Positions 18,201-25,379 of a stretch of 64,000 nt of DNA are shown in pieces; position 1 is the stretch's first letter, and the number at the start of each line of letters is the position of its first letter. The position numbers and the translations under genes are program-made. The notes beneath the pieces were generated by a model. It did not search any database and was not told the origin of the DNA. It saw only the letters and a program-made list of their open reading frames with translations. Source of the DNA: a virus; the IMG/VR virus record IMGVR_UViG_3300031521_000011, positions 64,001-128,000 of that record; one strand, 5' to 3'.

Positions 18201-19144
18201 ATACCGGCAGAGTTGAAGAGATTAAGGATACCGTCAGCGGCACTGATGTTGTTATTGGCAAAAAGAAATACCATATTCCGTTCGATGAGAACGGCAACCG
18301 TAAGCCATTAAGGGTAGTGGTTGGAGATAGTGTTGTTCAGGGTCAGTTCCTTACTGTAGGAAATCTTGATGACCTTGACGCTGCTCGTAAGGACAAGACA
18401 ATGACATCCATTACCAGCGCCCGCCCGGTAGAGATTATGAACTTCGCACCTGATAAGGAAGAAGGACTCAATCAGGCGCAGAATTACATGATTGGCGGCA
18501 TGCAGTACGCAATCGATACCTCCCTGAATAAACAGGACGCTGTTGACCGCCGCCACATCGAGCTGACAGTCGGAAAGCTCACAGAGAATGTCAAAATTAG
18601 CGACTCTGGCGACTCTCCATACATGGATGGCCAAGAAGTCAAACGCAACGTAGCTGACCGTTGGAATGCTGATAATGTGACAATGTCCATCGCCAAACTC
18701 ACGCCAACAGCCAGCATGGATAAGCTTCTTGGAGCTATTGCAGGTGAAACCGTCAAAGATAGAAGCGGACAGATACTTGTAAAGCAAGGTCAGAAGATTA
18801 CCAGAGATATGCTCGGCCCAATCATGCTGGCGACCAGAAACATCAAAGTTACGCCGAGGCCGATCATTTATGTGGCCGAGATGGATTCTCCACAGACGGC
18901 AGCCGATAAGGGCCATGATAACTGGTTCAGCAACCTTGGCCACCAAAACATCGGTAAGCAGCTCTCCAGGGGCGTATCATTCGGTCAAGTGGATAAGCTC
19001 GAAGACCCGCGTGCCCGCATGATGGCCGGCAAGCTCAGTAATATTGGTCAAGAGGGCCATAACTGGTGGGAGAAGTTCAAGAACGGCACAAGCGATTTCG
19101 CAAACACAATCAGTAACAGTCTTCTGGGAATGTTTCAGAAGTAG
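12254..19144 (+). CDS. rpoBC: DNA-directed RNA polymerase, fused beta-beta' single polypeptide (2296 aa)
   Basis: Beta motifs GSYIAGGNER, RIDPVESPE..KIGL, HNDGNRMLMATNQQKQ, GWNYEDG, GDKISGRHGNKG, KLKHKV, QRLGEME, PES. Beta' motifs GGLYDPDIFG, WGYIEL, GKRVDYSGRAVI, NRAPSLH, catalytic GADFDGD (16787-16807), SGARG, C..RSPATC...CQKCYG, QAIGEPVTQMTMKTFH, GLPR. Confidence 0.95.
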   Translation: MNEQDRIRLDREASEMESKVLALVKSKFPMKLQGGILNVSDLKIERPAGLFNLTAQHNLKMDDGSLYGALRGRFNLSNDKGKVIKQTNVQDIISTIPYKTVRGSYIAGGNERTISAQMRQAPGIYTERNGTEVITKIRFNATSELWTSPIMMHYDQSKSKFFLRFKIGNKTLDLSGITFLTDIAGASIGEVKKALGSEAVYIDVMQKHPTFNATLADVYALYFKDEKYDGTAEQVVKLRDRIMEQPNFGNSGEKRVGATVGVASNKLDKNVVLASITKLFAVARNDAEEDSIDDLRFKIVLNDQDFILGELSEGIDEFKNKVNFRSGADNELKFIVASPLDNLDKKIDRFIKADTRNAPQSTGIVEAPETTNPLNLISSTKKITQKGEGGISDEAARNADSARNLQPTAITRIDPVESPESQKIGLVRQLARNARATNGTIVSKFFPVKKGTANIDEENIVELDPFEEYDHHVAFYTPSEITKINNMIAFKKPLVTGRFNGKVMQIPREEIEYIDTSPSDIFGISAALVPFGDHNDGNRMLMATNQQKQSLLLKSSVRQAPYVQVAIDQDKKQTFEGQIGENSNVVRSPENGVVESVDGGHIVIKGESGKRHSLDYYDHFPMNQDNFAHNEVLVKRGDEVKAGQMVAEGWHTKDGKLALGLNARIAYLPYKGWNYEDGVVISREFADRVQTDEMESRDIIVYKDFIGGPGSGVRDKFIETTAQSAGMQKLDKDGIIMPGQEVGPGDILVAMLKPKAPDYDAMRSFSKMIMKGDETEFEDAAQKIGDGEYMQGKVLDVHVLPGGGDPDVRNIIRIRVKMSKTLKIGDKISGRHGNKGTITKILGTKEMPHTEDGRSIDVLFSPLVVPSRKNVGQLLEVNAGLIAEKTGKPYTVYNFDPKEVDNVKNGLIKIGVPDGKMAVIDPKTGKAYENKVTVGNMYILKLKHKVDEKLQSRSFEEGGFNQKYLSPEKSTGEAAGEKANPQRLGEMEMRVLQANQVPFNILETTTLKGDGAGFAKDRLDIFRAMINGSPEHLNKLRDKSGVPESLRILKDKMFVMGMDVKPLNRGKTVHSLNDTFSELMVLPTRDEDILRTIGKSKRVYSSETFQSTDRRHEKSDKAVPGGLYDPDIFGKDEDTKNGQVAREARSKWGYIELATYMPNPVLIEQAQYNPYASLLGMGKDKLLSLMSKDYVLITNPGDSGLGANTIVSSKLATDLMMNEDKHFEYKAGGEALMYLLSKINVNKELVATEAALKAAKLDKKDALFKKYSVLKMLQKNNMQPGDLMTKIVPVTPKYLRPRNAQGQQVIENGLTKVYSNLVDVNENSRLAFESGTPDIKAEQSNGLYRSMKYLYGGFKNDRYVDKKKKEELGGILDLIGNKEGLVRDKMLGKRVDYSGRAVIGVDPTLKIDEIGIPADIAKTTYKPFIIKELIHRGYVPMGADGERMAREKILRFDDDVKKVLDDIVKDRPILVNRAPSLHKFGIQAMRPVIRTTQDGQVVRNIQLNPMVVTGFGADFDGDQMGVHVPLSDKAVEEARNMMMPSDNLINPTNGKMILEIRHEMTLGIYYLTMNPEQTTGKNITYSTYKQLRADYESGKIKTRQAVTLNGKMTTAGQWLFFGIPGLQAKYRNKYFGQTMSDKSLKDMLREIYDDITFGRNETMGTIDLSNLMDNIKDLGFMASTRSGLSIGIKDLEFPEKYQDDIFERARKIDERLKGDEAGLIGAYQTLEGEVESELKAGAMGKDNPVTAMLQSGARGDAGQIRRMGGLVGVGRDIENHAVTPIRSSHMTGLSPGEYWLHSYDSLKGMADRALNTEAPGTLTRELWSAYQDKVISEPDCHTTKGILINKEGKIVGRYASKDITSADGSITYVKAGQPITQITQTAIGRDKTIKFIQIRSPATCATVNGLCQKCYGWETGRPQPPKLGYPAGVIASQAIGEPVTQMTMKTFHGGGTSSNVTLGLPRILEMLHPESSNLNNIAVLSKNTGRVEEIKDTVSGTDVVIGKKKYHIPFDENGNRKPLRVVVGDSVVQGQFLTVGNLDDLDAARKDKTMTSITSARPVEIMNFAPDKEEGLNQAQNYMIGGMQYAIDTSLNKQDAVDRRHIELTVGKLTENVKISDSGDSPYMDGQEVKRNVADRWNADNVTMSIAKLTPTASMDKLLGAIAGETVKDRSGQILVKQGQKITRDMLGPIMLATRNIKVTPRPIIYVAEMDSPQTAADKGHDNWFSNLGHQNIGKQLSRGVSFGQVDKLEDPRARMMAGKLSNIGQEGHNWWEKFKNGTSDFANTISNSLLGMFQK

Positions 19145-19149
19145 AATCA

Positions 19150-19186
19150 ATGCTGTGGCCAAATAGATTGACTTTGGCCACAGCAT
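19150..19186 (+). terminator. stem-loop after the RNAP gene, overlapping a promoter
   Basis: ATGCTGTGGCCAAA / TTTGGCCACAGCAT perfect 14-bp inverted repeat. Confidence 0.65.
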
Positions 19187-19196
19187 CTTGTATTAT
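19168..19196 (+). promoter_or_regulatory. sigmaA-type promoter
   Basis: TTGACT-17-TATTAT. Confidence 0.7.
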
Positions 19197-19202
19197 AATA
19201 AC

Positions 19203-19353
19203 AAATGTATCAGGGTATGAGTCAAGTTTGCGCTGCTGTGACAATCCAGACGTTCCTTAAGAAAGCGCTGGGCATTGCCCGACAAGGAACCTGCTCCTAA
19301 TGCGGCCGCTAGGGATCATAGCTAGAGGGTGTCGCAGCAGCGCCTTATATTTT
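19203..19353 (+). ncRNA. candidate structured RNA or long structured leader
   Basis: 14-bp closing stem 19230-19243/19330-19343 (one G-U), inner stem GTTCCTT/AAGGAAC, hairpin GGGCATTGCCC; no family recognised. Confidence 0.4.
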
Positions 19354-19374
19354 ACGAAACGGTGAGGGCGGTAT

Positions 19375-19671
19375 ATGGACAAGGTGGTAAACAATAAGAA
19401 CGATCTTATCCGAGAGGTGGCCGCCTCTACAGGGATCTCCATCCGCCAGGCGGAAGAGATCATCAATACGTTTCTTGGTATGATGCAACAGAAGGTCTTA
19501 GCTGGACAGGCGATTTCAATCAAAGGTTTCTTTGGCATGAGGTATCTCCGGGCAAGATCCAAAGCTGTTCGTGACTTCGAGAATGGAATTCAGAAGCAAT
19601 CAGGAGATCATCTCCGCCCAAAATGTAAATTCAGTGAAAGTTTTGTGCAAAAAATAAAGGAAAAAGGGTGA
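19375..19671 (+). CDS. HU/IHF-family DNA-binding protein (divergent)
   Basis: NKNDLIREVAASTGIS...ISIKGFF...RPKCKFS matches the HU/IHF fold. Confidence 0.8.
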   Translation: MDKVVNNKNDLIREVAASTGISIRQAEEIINTFLGMMQQKVLAGQAISIKGFFGMRYLRARSKAVRDFENGIQKQSGDHLRPKCKFSESFVQKIKEKG

Positions 19672-19691
19672 CGCAAAAGCGTCACCCTTTT
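19661..19691. terminator. bidirectional intrinsic terminator between convergent genes
   Basis: AAAAAGGGTGACGC-AAAA-GCGTCACCCTTTT, containing both stop codons. Confidence 0.8.
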
Positions 19692-20008
19692 GTTTTACGT
19701 GAAACATTCAAATGAAGAACTATTTGCTCATTGAATCTCTTAAGCACATTCTCAAGAGTCACATTCCATACATAATGGTTAATTAACTCCTGCTTGTCGT
19801 CCTGCATTTTGAATAACAAGTAGGCGTCACATGTAGTGTCATGGGATTCCTTTTTTGCAACATCCATCATATCATCCCACTTTAAAAATGCATTATCTTC
19901 ATCCAGCATTTCGATTCTGGTCATGATTAATGGGGCATTGTATCTACGATAATGATACAGGATGTAATTATTTTCCATAGGCATCTCCTCCTTAAAATGG
20001 CATATCAT
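19682..20008 (-). CDS. hypothetical protein
   Basis: ORF downstream of DinG; AGGAGG RBS suggests a start near 19984. Confidence 0.55.
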   Translation of the reverse strand: MICHFKEEMPMENNYILYHYRRYNAPLIMTRIEMLDEDNAFLKWDDMMDVAKKESHDTTCDAYLLFKMQDDKQELINHYVWNVTLENVLKRFNEQIVLHLNVSRKTKG

Positions 20009-22097
20009 CTTCTCTTCCGAGAAACTTTTCCACCACGCTCAGGCTCCTTGTTATTGTCTTTTCGTAATTGAAGCTGTTCATGATGCGCGACGCATACTTC
20101 GCCGACTTGATTCTCCCATCACCGAATGCTATTACGCATTTATCGGTGGTGGTTCTGACGCCACGCCCCACAGCCTGCTTGAGAGCGATTATCATGCTTG
20201 GTATGGAATATTTCCAGAAAGCCCCGGCCTCTTGTGCAAGAACCTTGGCCACCGGGTCCTCTGGGCTGGCGAAGGGTAGTTTATCGAGGAATACACAGCG
20301 TAGACTATCACCGGCAACGTCTACACCCTCAAATAGGGATCTTGTGCCAATTAAGACAGAGTTTGTGTCGTGGGCAAAATCCTTCAGGAGTTTATCCTGT
20401 GGAGCGTCGCCCTGCATAAACACCGTCAGATTCGTTGATTGCCTCAGGCGCACTGCTGCTGCTTTCATATTGTAGACGCTGGTGAATAGACCAAGGACAC
20501 CACCCCCACAGGATCGCACGAGGTCCAGAAAGTTGGAAAGCATGTTGGGCAGGAAGTTTGGCGCATTGCCGTCCAGCGCCCCTTCTGGAAGATACCAAAG
20601 CTGTTGATACTCCAGGTCAAACGGTGAATCAGCAATCATCTCTCTGGCAAAATCCACACCCAACTCAGTCTTGATGTAATTGAATGATTGGCCGGCGGCC
20701 AGAGTAGCTGATGTAAGAATTGTGGTCAGATCTCCATGCTTATCATCCGTTTTAGCATTGCGCATAAAGAAATTCTGACGCATGTAATCATCGACCTTAA
20801 CCGGTTTCGCTCGCAAGGAAATCATGTTGTTGTTTTCCATCTGAACATAGAATGCTGAATTTTTACCTGTCTGAGTACAGATGGCTCTAATATTGCTTAC
20901 GGCCTCAATACCTCGCATAAGGACGCCATTAAGAATTGCACCGACAGCACGCTCGTCGGAATGACTATCCGCAGGCTCACCAAACTCTTCATCATCATCA
21001 GTGAAAAATTCTGGAGAAATCTCATTCTTCATCTCATTGATCTCATTCACAAATACTCTTAATTCATAGAGGAAGTATTCATGCTCCAAAGGAATCGAGA
21101 GGGTTACGGTTCTGGTCGTTGCGGATAATTGAGTATTATTTTGCATGTAATCTGTGAGGTTTAGGAAGAAGGCCTCTGATTTCTTTACCAGATTCCGAAT
21201 TCCCGTCCTATCAACCTTGAAAATATTGGGGTACTTGTTTTCCGCTGCAGACAGCCGGCGCATGAAATTCAGGAACAGATAGTGAGATACTTTCTTTTCT
21301 TGGAAATTTCGGCTTATCTCGGCGATGTTGTGCGCCTCATCACATATCAGCAAATCATAAGGCGGAAGAATTTTTCCTTCTGTCTCAATGTCGGCGAAGA
21401 GGAGATGGTAGTTCGTGATGATAACGTCTGCACCCCGGCATACTCTTTTGGCTCTGGTGTGAAAGCATTCGTTCTGGAATTCACATGACCGGCCGAGGCA
21501 TTCTTCACTATCCGAGCAAGAGAAATTATTCCAGATATCAAAGTTCGGCTTGAAGCTAAGTTCTGCCATGTCTCCGGTTTTGGTATCGATGGCCCATTTC
21601 ACGATGAGGGACATTTCCACCTTATTTTCCGTAAATGACATTTGAACACCGTCAAAGTTGTTTGCGACGGTATCCTGGAGTCTGTGTTTGCATAGGTAGT
21701 TTTGTTTTCCTTTCATATATGCAACACGGACAGGCGCATCTATAACCTTCTCTATGATTTGCGCAATCAACGGCGCGTCTTTGTGGTAGAGCTGTCCCTG
21801 GAGTGCGATTCCGTTGGTAGAGATGACGGCTGTGCGCCCGTGGGTCTTAGCAAAATACATGACAGAGAAAAGATACACGAACGTTTTTCCGAATCCACAA
21901 GGACCTTCAAGCAAGAAGGGTTCACCGTCCTGCAGAGCTTCCATTGCCTTCCTAACCCCTACTATTTGCTCAGGGCGTTCCTTATAATCCATTTTATATT
22001 CGTAGATAATGCCCTCATGCCCAAATACCTTGTCGACAATTGTATCTATGTCATCCGCGTCGCTGACGACTCTCACGTCGTCTGGAAGTACTTCCAT
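19992..22097 (-). CDS. dinG: DinG/YoaA-family Fe-S helicase (SF2)
   Basis: Q motif ERPEQ, Walker A EGPCGFGKT, Fe-S cysteines (YLCK...CLGRSC...C), TNYHLL, DEAH, TSATL, LFTS, EGVD, KLPF, QAVGRGVR. Start ATG 22097 after GGGAGGG. Confidence 0.9.
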   Translation of the reverse strand: MEVLPDDVRVVSDADDIDTIVDKVFGHEGIIYEYKMDYKERPEQIVGVRKAMEALQDGEPFLLEGPCGFGKTFVYLFSVMYFAKTHGRTAVISTNGIALQGQLYHKDAPLIAQIIEKVIDAPVRVAYMKGKQNYLCKHRLQDTVANNFDGVQMSFTENKVEMSLIVKWAIDTKTGDMAELSFKPNFDIWNNFSCSDSEECLGRSCEFQNECFHTRAKRVCRGADVIITNYHLLFADIETEGKILPPYDLLICDEAHNIAEISRNFQEKKVSHYLFLNFMRRLSAAENKYPNIFKVDRTGIRNLVKKSEAFFLNLTDYMQNNTQLSATTRTVTLSIPLEHEYFLYELRVFVNEINEMKNEISPEFFTDDDEEFGEPADSHSDERAVGAILNGVLMRGIEAVSNIRAICTQTGKNSAFYVQMENNNMISLRAKPVKVDDYMRQNFFMRNAKTDDKHGDLTTILTSATLAAGQSFNYIKTELGVDFAREMIADSPFDLEYQQLWYLPEGALDGNAPNFLPNMLSNFLDLVRSCGGGVLGLFTSVYNMKAAAVRLRQSTNLTVFMQGDAPQDKLLKDFAHDTNSVLIGTRSLFEGVDVAGDSLRCVFLDKLPFASPEDPVAKVLAQEAGAFWKYSIPSMIIALKQAVGRGVRTTTDKCVIAFGDGRIKSAKYASRIMNSFNYEKTITRSLSVVEKFLGREDDMPF

Positions 22098-22797
22098 TAT
22101 TAACCCTCCCTGGTTCATTCCTTTTTTTGTAGATTTGTTCAAACCAATAGTCAAATACGACGCACGAATCTCCTTCGTCGTCTGTTTGTGGAGCGAAACC
22201 ATACGCTCCATACTTCGCTACCATCTTTTCCCTAAGAGCTGCTTTAGCTACATCTGGGAGCGCCCTTAATTCACTCTCGGTATGGCGTGAGGCATATTCC
22301 ATCACCAACCGGCTGGTATTGTGAGGCGCCCGGGCCACCTGAACATCATATTTCAAAACAGGTATCCCATATGTGCCAGCGACTCCCTCAAGGATCCCCA
22401 TGATTTCACCAAGCAACACAGATGTGAGTATCCCATGAAATATCTTATTCTTTTCTGCGATAACCAATTCAGGCACAACGTTTTGAATAAAAGAAGATAT
22501 CTGCCTGCTTATATCATCTTTTATGAAATTGTTCCTGGCTGTCCGGACCTCAACATCGCGTCTTTCCTTTTCAGACTTTGAGATGCTGGTCTCGCCCTCC
22601 ATCCAATAAGTATTTAACAGTGTACCATCACGGCCTGCAGGTAAATACTTCTGGGAGTGCATATATCCAAGCTCTGTTGGTGAATAGTTTGGCGGCATAA
22701 TAGGAGCACTTAAAACTCTAATAATAGTTTCTCCATCAATTTCAGAAACCGTTACGCCTATACACGCCGAAGATAAGTCAAAAGATATGATTTTCAT
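22051..22797 (-). CDS. RuvC-like Holliday junction resolvase
   Basis: N-terminal IISFDLSSACIG, VIAE, C-terminal DDEGDS acidic catalytic pattern. Confidence 0.75.
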   Translation of the reverse strand: MKIISFDLSSACIGVTVSEIDGETIIRVLSAPIMPPNYSPTELGYMHSQKYLPAGRDGTLLNTYWMEGETSISKSEKERRDVEVRTARNNFIKDDISRQISSFIQNVVPELVIAEKNKIFHGILTSVLLGEIMGILEGVAGTYGIPVLKYDVQVARAPHNTSRLVMEYASRHTESELRALPDVAKAALREKMVAKYGAYGFAPQTDDEGDSCVVFDYWFEQIYKKRNEPGRVNNGSTSRRRESRQRRG

Positions 22798-22833
22798 AAG
22801 AATCCCCCGTCATGTAGTAAAATAAAAAATGGA

Positions 22834-22862
22834 ATGAGGATGGACATAATGTCCATCCTCAT
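22834..22862 (-). terminator. stem-loop terminator
   Basis: ATGAGGATGGACA-loop-TGTCCATCCTCAT followed by T-rich sequence on the - strand. Confidence 0.65.
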
Positions 22863-22879
22863 AAAACAAATGATTCGGT

Positions 22880-23788
22880 TTAGAACAAGCCTTTGGCCTT
22901 TGTACCATCCGGGTTCGCGGCAGCGGCGTTGTCGGGATCGACTTCGCCAGCAGCCTCTTCGTCCTCGTGAGCCATCTCGTTCATGATATCCTGCTCCATC
23001 GCGCGGCTGAACAGTGCGCTGACGGATGAAGTGAGCGCTTCACGACGAAGAGCTTCCTCGGTGCTGCAGGTGCCGTAATCGCCTTCCATGACGTCATAAT
23101 CCAAAACGAAGTAACTGCCGGAGGCATTGGCTTCGGGTTTGGCTTTCAGCTCAAGGTTGAAGCAGAATTGGGGGATGCCCTCCACGAGGCATTTGTAGAT
23201 GAAGCCTTTGGTCGGCCTGACGGATTTGCCGGAGACGATGAAGCGGAACAACTGCTGTTCGCCGCTCTCAGACAAAACCAAGCCCAGCCAGCTATAGCCC
23301 ATATTGCAATCAGGTTTATTTTTACCTTCAGCCTTCGCCTTGTCCCAATTCTGGTAGGGGCATGTGGCGCAGTTGATTTTGCGGCCATTGGTGTCCGTGC
23401 CAGTTTTGCCATCGATGGACCAGCACAGGGGCATGTCGCCACGCTTGAACTTTTCGGGCCAGCGGGTTCTGCGTTTGCCGAGAGCAAGCAGTGTGCATTT
23501 CAGAGAGTCTTCACTCTTCTCTGTCACTGAGTTATAGAACTGGCCTGGCTTTGATTTCTGTCCAGCAACTTCAGCTGATGTATACTGAACCATCTTGATT
23601 TTGGGCAGTTGAATATCAGTCTGATCAACGACTTCCATTCCGGTGAAGTGGCCATCTTCATGTTTGAACTGTGCCCGGAGAGCAGCGGAACGTTCTGCGG
23701 CGCGGAGAGCAACTTCTTTACTATCCTCTGCAGTGGTGGCGGTGGCGGCGGTGGTATCGGCGGTAGCTGCGGGTTTTTTGTCTGCCAT
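22880..23788 (-). CDS. putative Zn-binding ssDNA-binding/annealing protein
   Basis: DIQLPKIKMVQ..S, PGQF, CWSIDG...CATCP...C, acidic C-terminus, beside RuvC/DinG; start at MADKK with AGGAGG; extended -10 TGGTATAAT upstream. Confidence 0.5.
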   Translation of the reverse strand: MADKKPAATADTTAATATTAEDSKEVALRAAERSAALRAQFKHEDGHFTGMEVVDQTDIQLPKIKMVQYTSAEVAGQKSKPGQFYNSVTEKSEDSLKCTLLALGKRRTRWPEKFKRGDMPLCWSIDGKTGTDTNGRKINCATCPYQNWDKAKAEGKNKPDCNMGYSWLGLVLSESGEQQLFRFIVSGKSVRPTKGFIYKCLVEGIPQFCFNLELKAKPEANASGSYFVLDYDVMEGDYGTCSTEEALRREALTSSVSALFSRAMEQDIMNEMAHEDEEAAGEVDPDNAAAANPDGTKAKGLF

Positions 23789-23842
23789 TTTTCGGAGGCC
23801 TCCTAAGTTTATTTGGGTCTTCATTATACCACGATTTTGTTG

Positions 23843-24124
23843 TTATTTCAGCAAATCTTTAAAAGGTTTGCTGGGTTTGAATGCCGGCGATTGATGAGCG
23901 GGGACGTTGATTTTTTCTCCAGTATGAGGGTTCCGGCTGTCACGCGCTTTTCTTTCGGCGCCTCTGAATGTGCCCAACCCGGCCAAGGTTACAATGTCGC
24001 CTGACTTAACATGACTCTGTATTGCATCATCGGTTGCCTTGAATACATCTTTGACACAAGCTTGAGAAAATCCTGTCTTGTCAGCAACCTCCTTCGCAAG
24101 GTCTGCGCTGCTGATCTTTTCCAT
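23843..24124 (-). CDS. hup: HU histone-like DNA-binding protein
   Basis: GLGTF...RKARDSRNPHTGEKINVPA...PAFKPSK; start MEKISS with AGGAGGT RBS. Confidence 0.9.
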   Translation of the reverse strand: MEKISSADLAKEVADKTGFSQACVKDVFKATDDAIQSHVKSGDIVTLAGLGTFRGAERKARDSRNPHTGEKINVPAHQSPAFKPSKPFKDLLK

Positions 24125-24165
24125 ATACTCACCTCCTTTACTAAATATAAATGCTTCCGGAAGCA

Positions 24166-24180
24166 TTTTATTTCTTATAC
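24166..24180 (-). promoter_or_regulatory. phage-specific motif copy 2 (GTATAAGAAATAAAA)
   Basis: Upstream of HU, followed by the palindrome AAATGCTTCCGGAAGCATTT. Confidence 0.7.
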
Positions 24181-24232
24181 GAAATGTGAAAAAAACTCCA
24201 TATTTTCCTATTTTAAACAACACATATGTCAA

Positions 24233-24652
24233 TCAAAAATTTTCTTTGATGTGGTCGATACAGTTTTCACACACCTTGTTGTTTTGGACAGGATGGAGTT
24301 CTGTATCATTTCGACCACATAGGCAGCACTTGAGCTGGAGTACACGAAGCCCTATTGCAATCTCACCATTAAAGATGAGAATGTCCATTTGGCTACCCTC
24401 TCTGATGTTCATACGGGTTCGTATTGCTGAAGGTAGAACAAAACGATTTAAAGAATCAACTTTGTGAATGTACTGAATTTCCTGCATGAACTTTTGCAGT
24501 GATGTATTTACAACCTTGAGTTTGACAATTTCCTCATCTTCATAGAAGGTGATACTGACTTCTTCGCGACGAAAATCTCGCACACCCAGAGGAATAGCAA
24601 TCCGTCCAAGATTATCAATTCCCTTGGAAACCCCTATTGATCTATAATCCAT
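24233..24652 (-). CDS. AbrB/SpoVT-family regulator, tandem AbrB domains plus C-terminal Zn ribbon
   Basis: IDNLGRIAIP and VDSLNRFVLPSAIR repeats; CCLCG...VCENC. Confidence 0.8.
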   Translation of the reverse strand: MDYRSIGVSKGIDNLGRIAIPLGVRDFRREEVSITFYEDEEIVKLKVVNTSLQKFMQEIQYIHKVDSLNRFVLPSAIRTRMNIREGSQMDILIFNGEIAIGLRVLQLKCCLCGRNDTELHPVQNNKVCENCIDHIKENF

Positions 24653-24667
24653 ACTCCACCCCCGTAA

Positions 24668-24682
24668 TTTTATTACTTATAC
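24668..24682 (-). promoter_or_regulatory. phage-specific motif copy 3 (GTATAAGTAATAAAA)
   Basis: Upstream of the AbrB-like gene. Confidence 0.7.
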
Positions 24683-24690
24683 GAAGTGCA

Positions 24691-24718
24691 AAAAAAGAGG
24701 GGGATCCCCCTCTTTTTT
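24691..24718. terminator. palindromic intrinsic terminator
   Basis: AAAAAAGAGGGGGATCCCCCTCTTTTTT, a perfect palindrome. Confidence 0.8.
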
Positions 24719-24724
24719 AAAATT

Positions 24725-25342
24725 CTATTCCCCAACGTGCTTCATCTTTGACGTAGCACACTTTGGACAATACATGTCGTTATTCTCATTATAATACATA
24801 TCCGGTATGTCATTTTTGGCAATCTCGGAATGCTTACAGTTGACGCACGTATAGCGTATATTTGTATTTAATGGTCCTTTTGTTAAGAGATTTGATGGAG
24901 ACTCAGCGAATACAGCCAAAAGATTCTCATTTGTATAATACCAAATGAAGCATGCTTCATTGATAAGTTTCTTGAATCCATTTGTGTATTCCACTGCCAG
25001 CTTATCCATCTCTGATTCTTGGCCAGATATCAGAGACTCGAAATAATCCTTTTTTTCATGTGACAATATAGGATTCTGAAGCATAGATTCATATGTAATC
25101 CTAAGAGTTATTTGCTCTACTACCTCACATGGAACTGCAATCAAAGTGAAATCAAACGGTAAATTAATATAATTGTGATTACTGATAAATGTCCATTTAA
25201 GTGCGTCTGGTATTCTCGGAAGAATACTTGATTCTTTTTCTTTCTTCTCAAGATCGATAGACGCTTCTGTCCAGAACATACTTTGAAGTATATCCATCTT
25301 GTCATAGTATAGCATCCCTTGTTGTATTATCATATTCCTCAC
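24725..25342 (-). CDS. hypothetical protein with C-terminal Zn ribbon
   Basis: CVNC...CPKC. Confidence 0.6.
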   Translation of the reverse strand: MRNMIIQQGMLYYDKMDILQSMFWTEASIDLEKKEKESSILPRIPDALKWTFISNHNYINLPFDFTLIAVPCEVVEQITLRITYESMLQNPILSHEKKDYFESLISGQESEMDKLAVEYTNGFKKLINEACFIWYYTNENLLAVFAESPSNLLTKGPLNTNIRYTCVNCKHSEIAKNDIPDMYYNENNDMYCPKCATSKMKHVGE

Positions 25343-25348
25343 TTCCTC

Positions 25349-25374
25349 AAAAAAGAGGAGTCTTGCGACTCCTC
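25349..25374 (-). terminator. intrinsic terminator
   Basis: GAGGAGTC-GCAA-GACTCCTC-TTTTTT on the - strand. Confidence 0.75.
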
Positions 25375-25379
25375 CATTA

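Noticed and set aside
12254-19144. Host chromosomal rpoB-rpoC locus
   Set aside because: No ribosomal protein or nusG neighbours; flanked by portal and phage genes; strongly divergent and fused, with the Zn ribbon lost.
1389-19144. Inteins or introns in terminase, portal or RNAP
   Set aside because: Conserved motifs are contiguous; no C...HN-C/S/T splice pattern or homing endonuclease motifs seen.
19290-19330. Twister or hammerhead ribozyme (CCTAATGCGGCC...GAGGG resembles twister)
   Set aside because: Could not place the twister P4 loop and pseudoknot partners, or a hammerhead CUGAnGA/GAAA core; kept only as an unassigned structured RNA.
24204-24232. TTGACA on the - strand as an HU promoter, and the 24232 start for HU
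   Set aside because: No -10 at 16-18 nt spacing; the AGGAGGT RBS supports the ATG at 24124.
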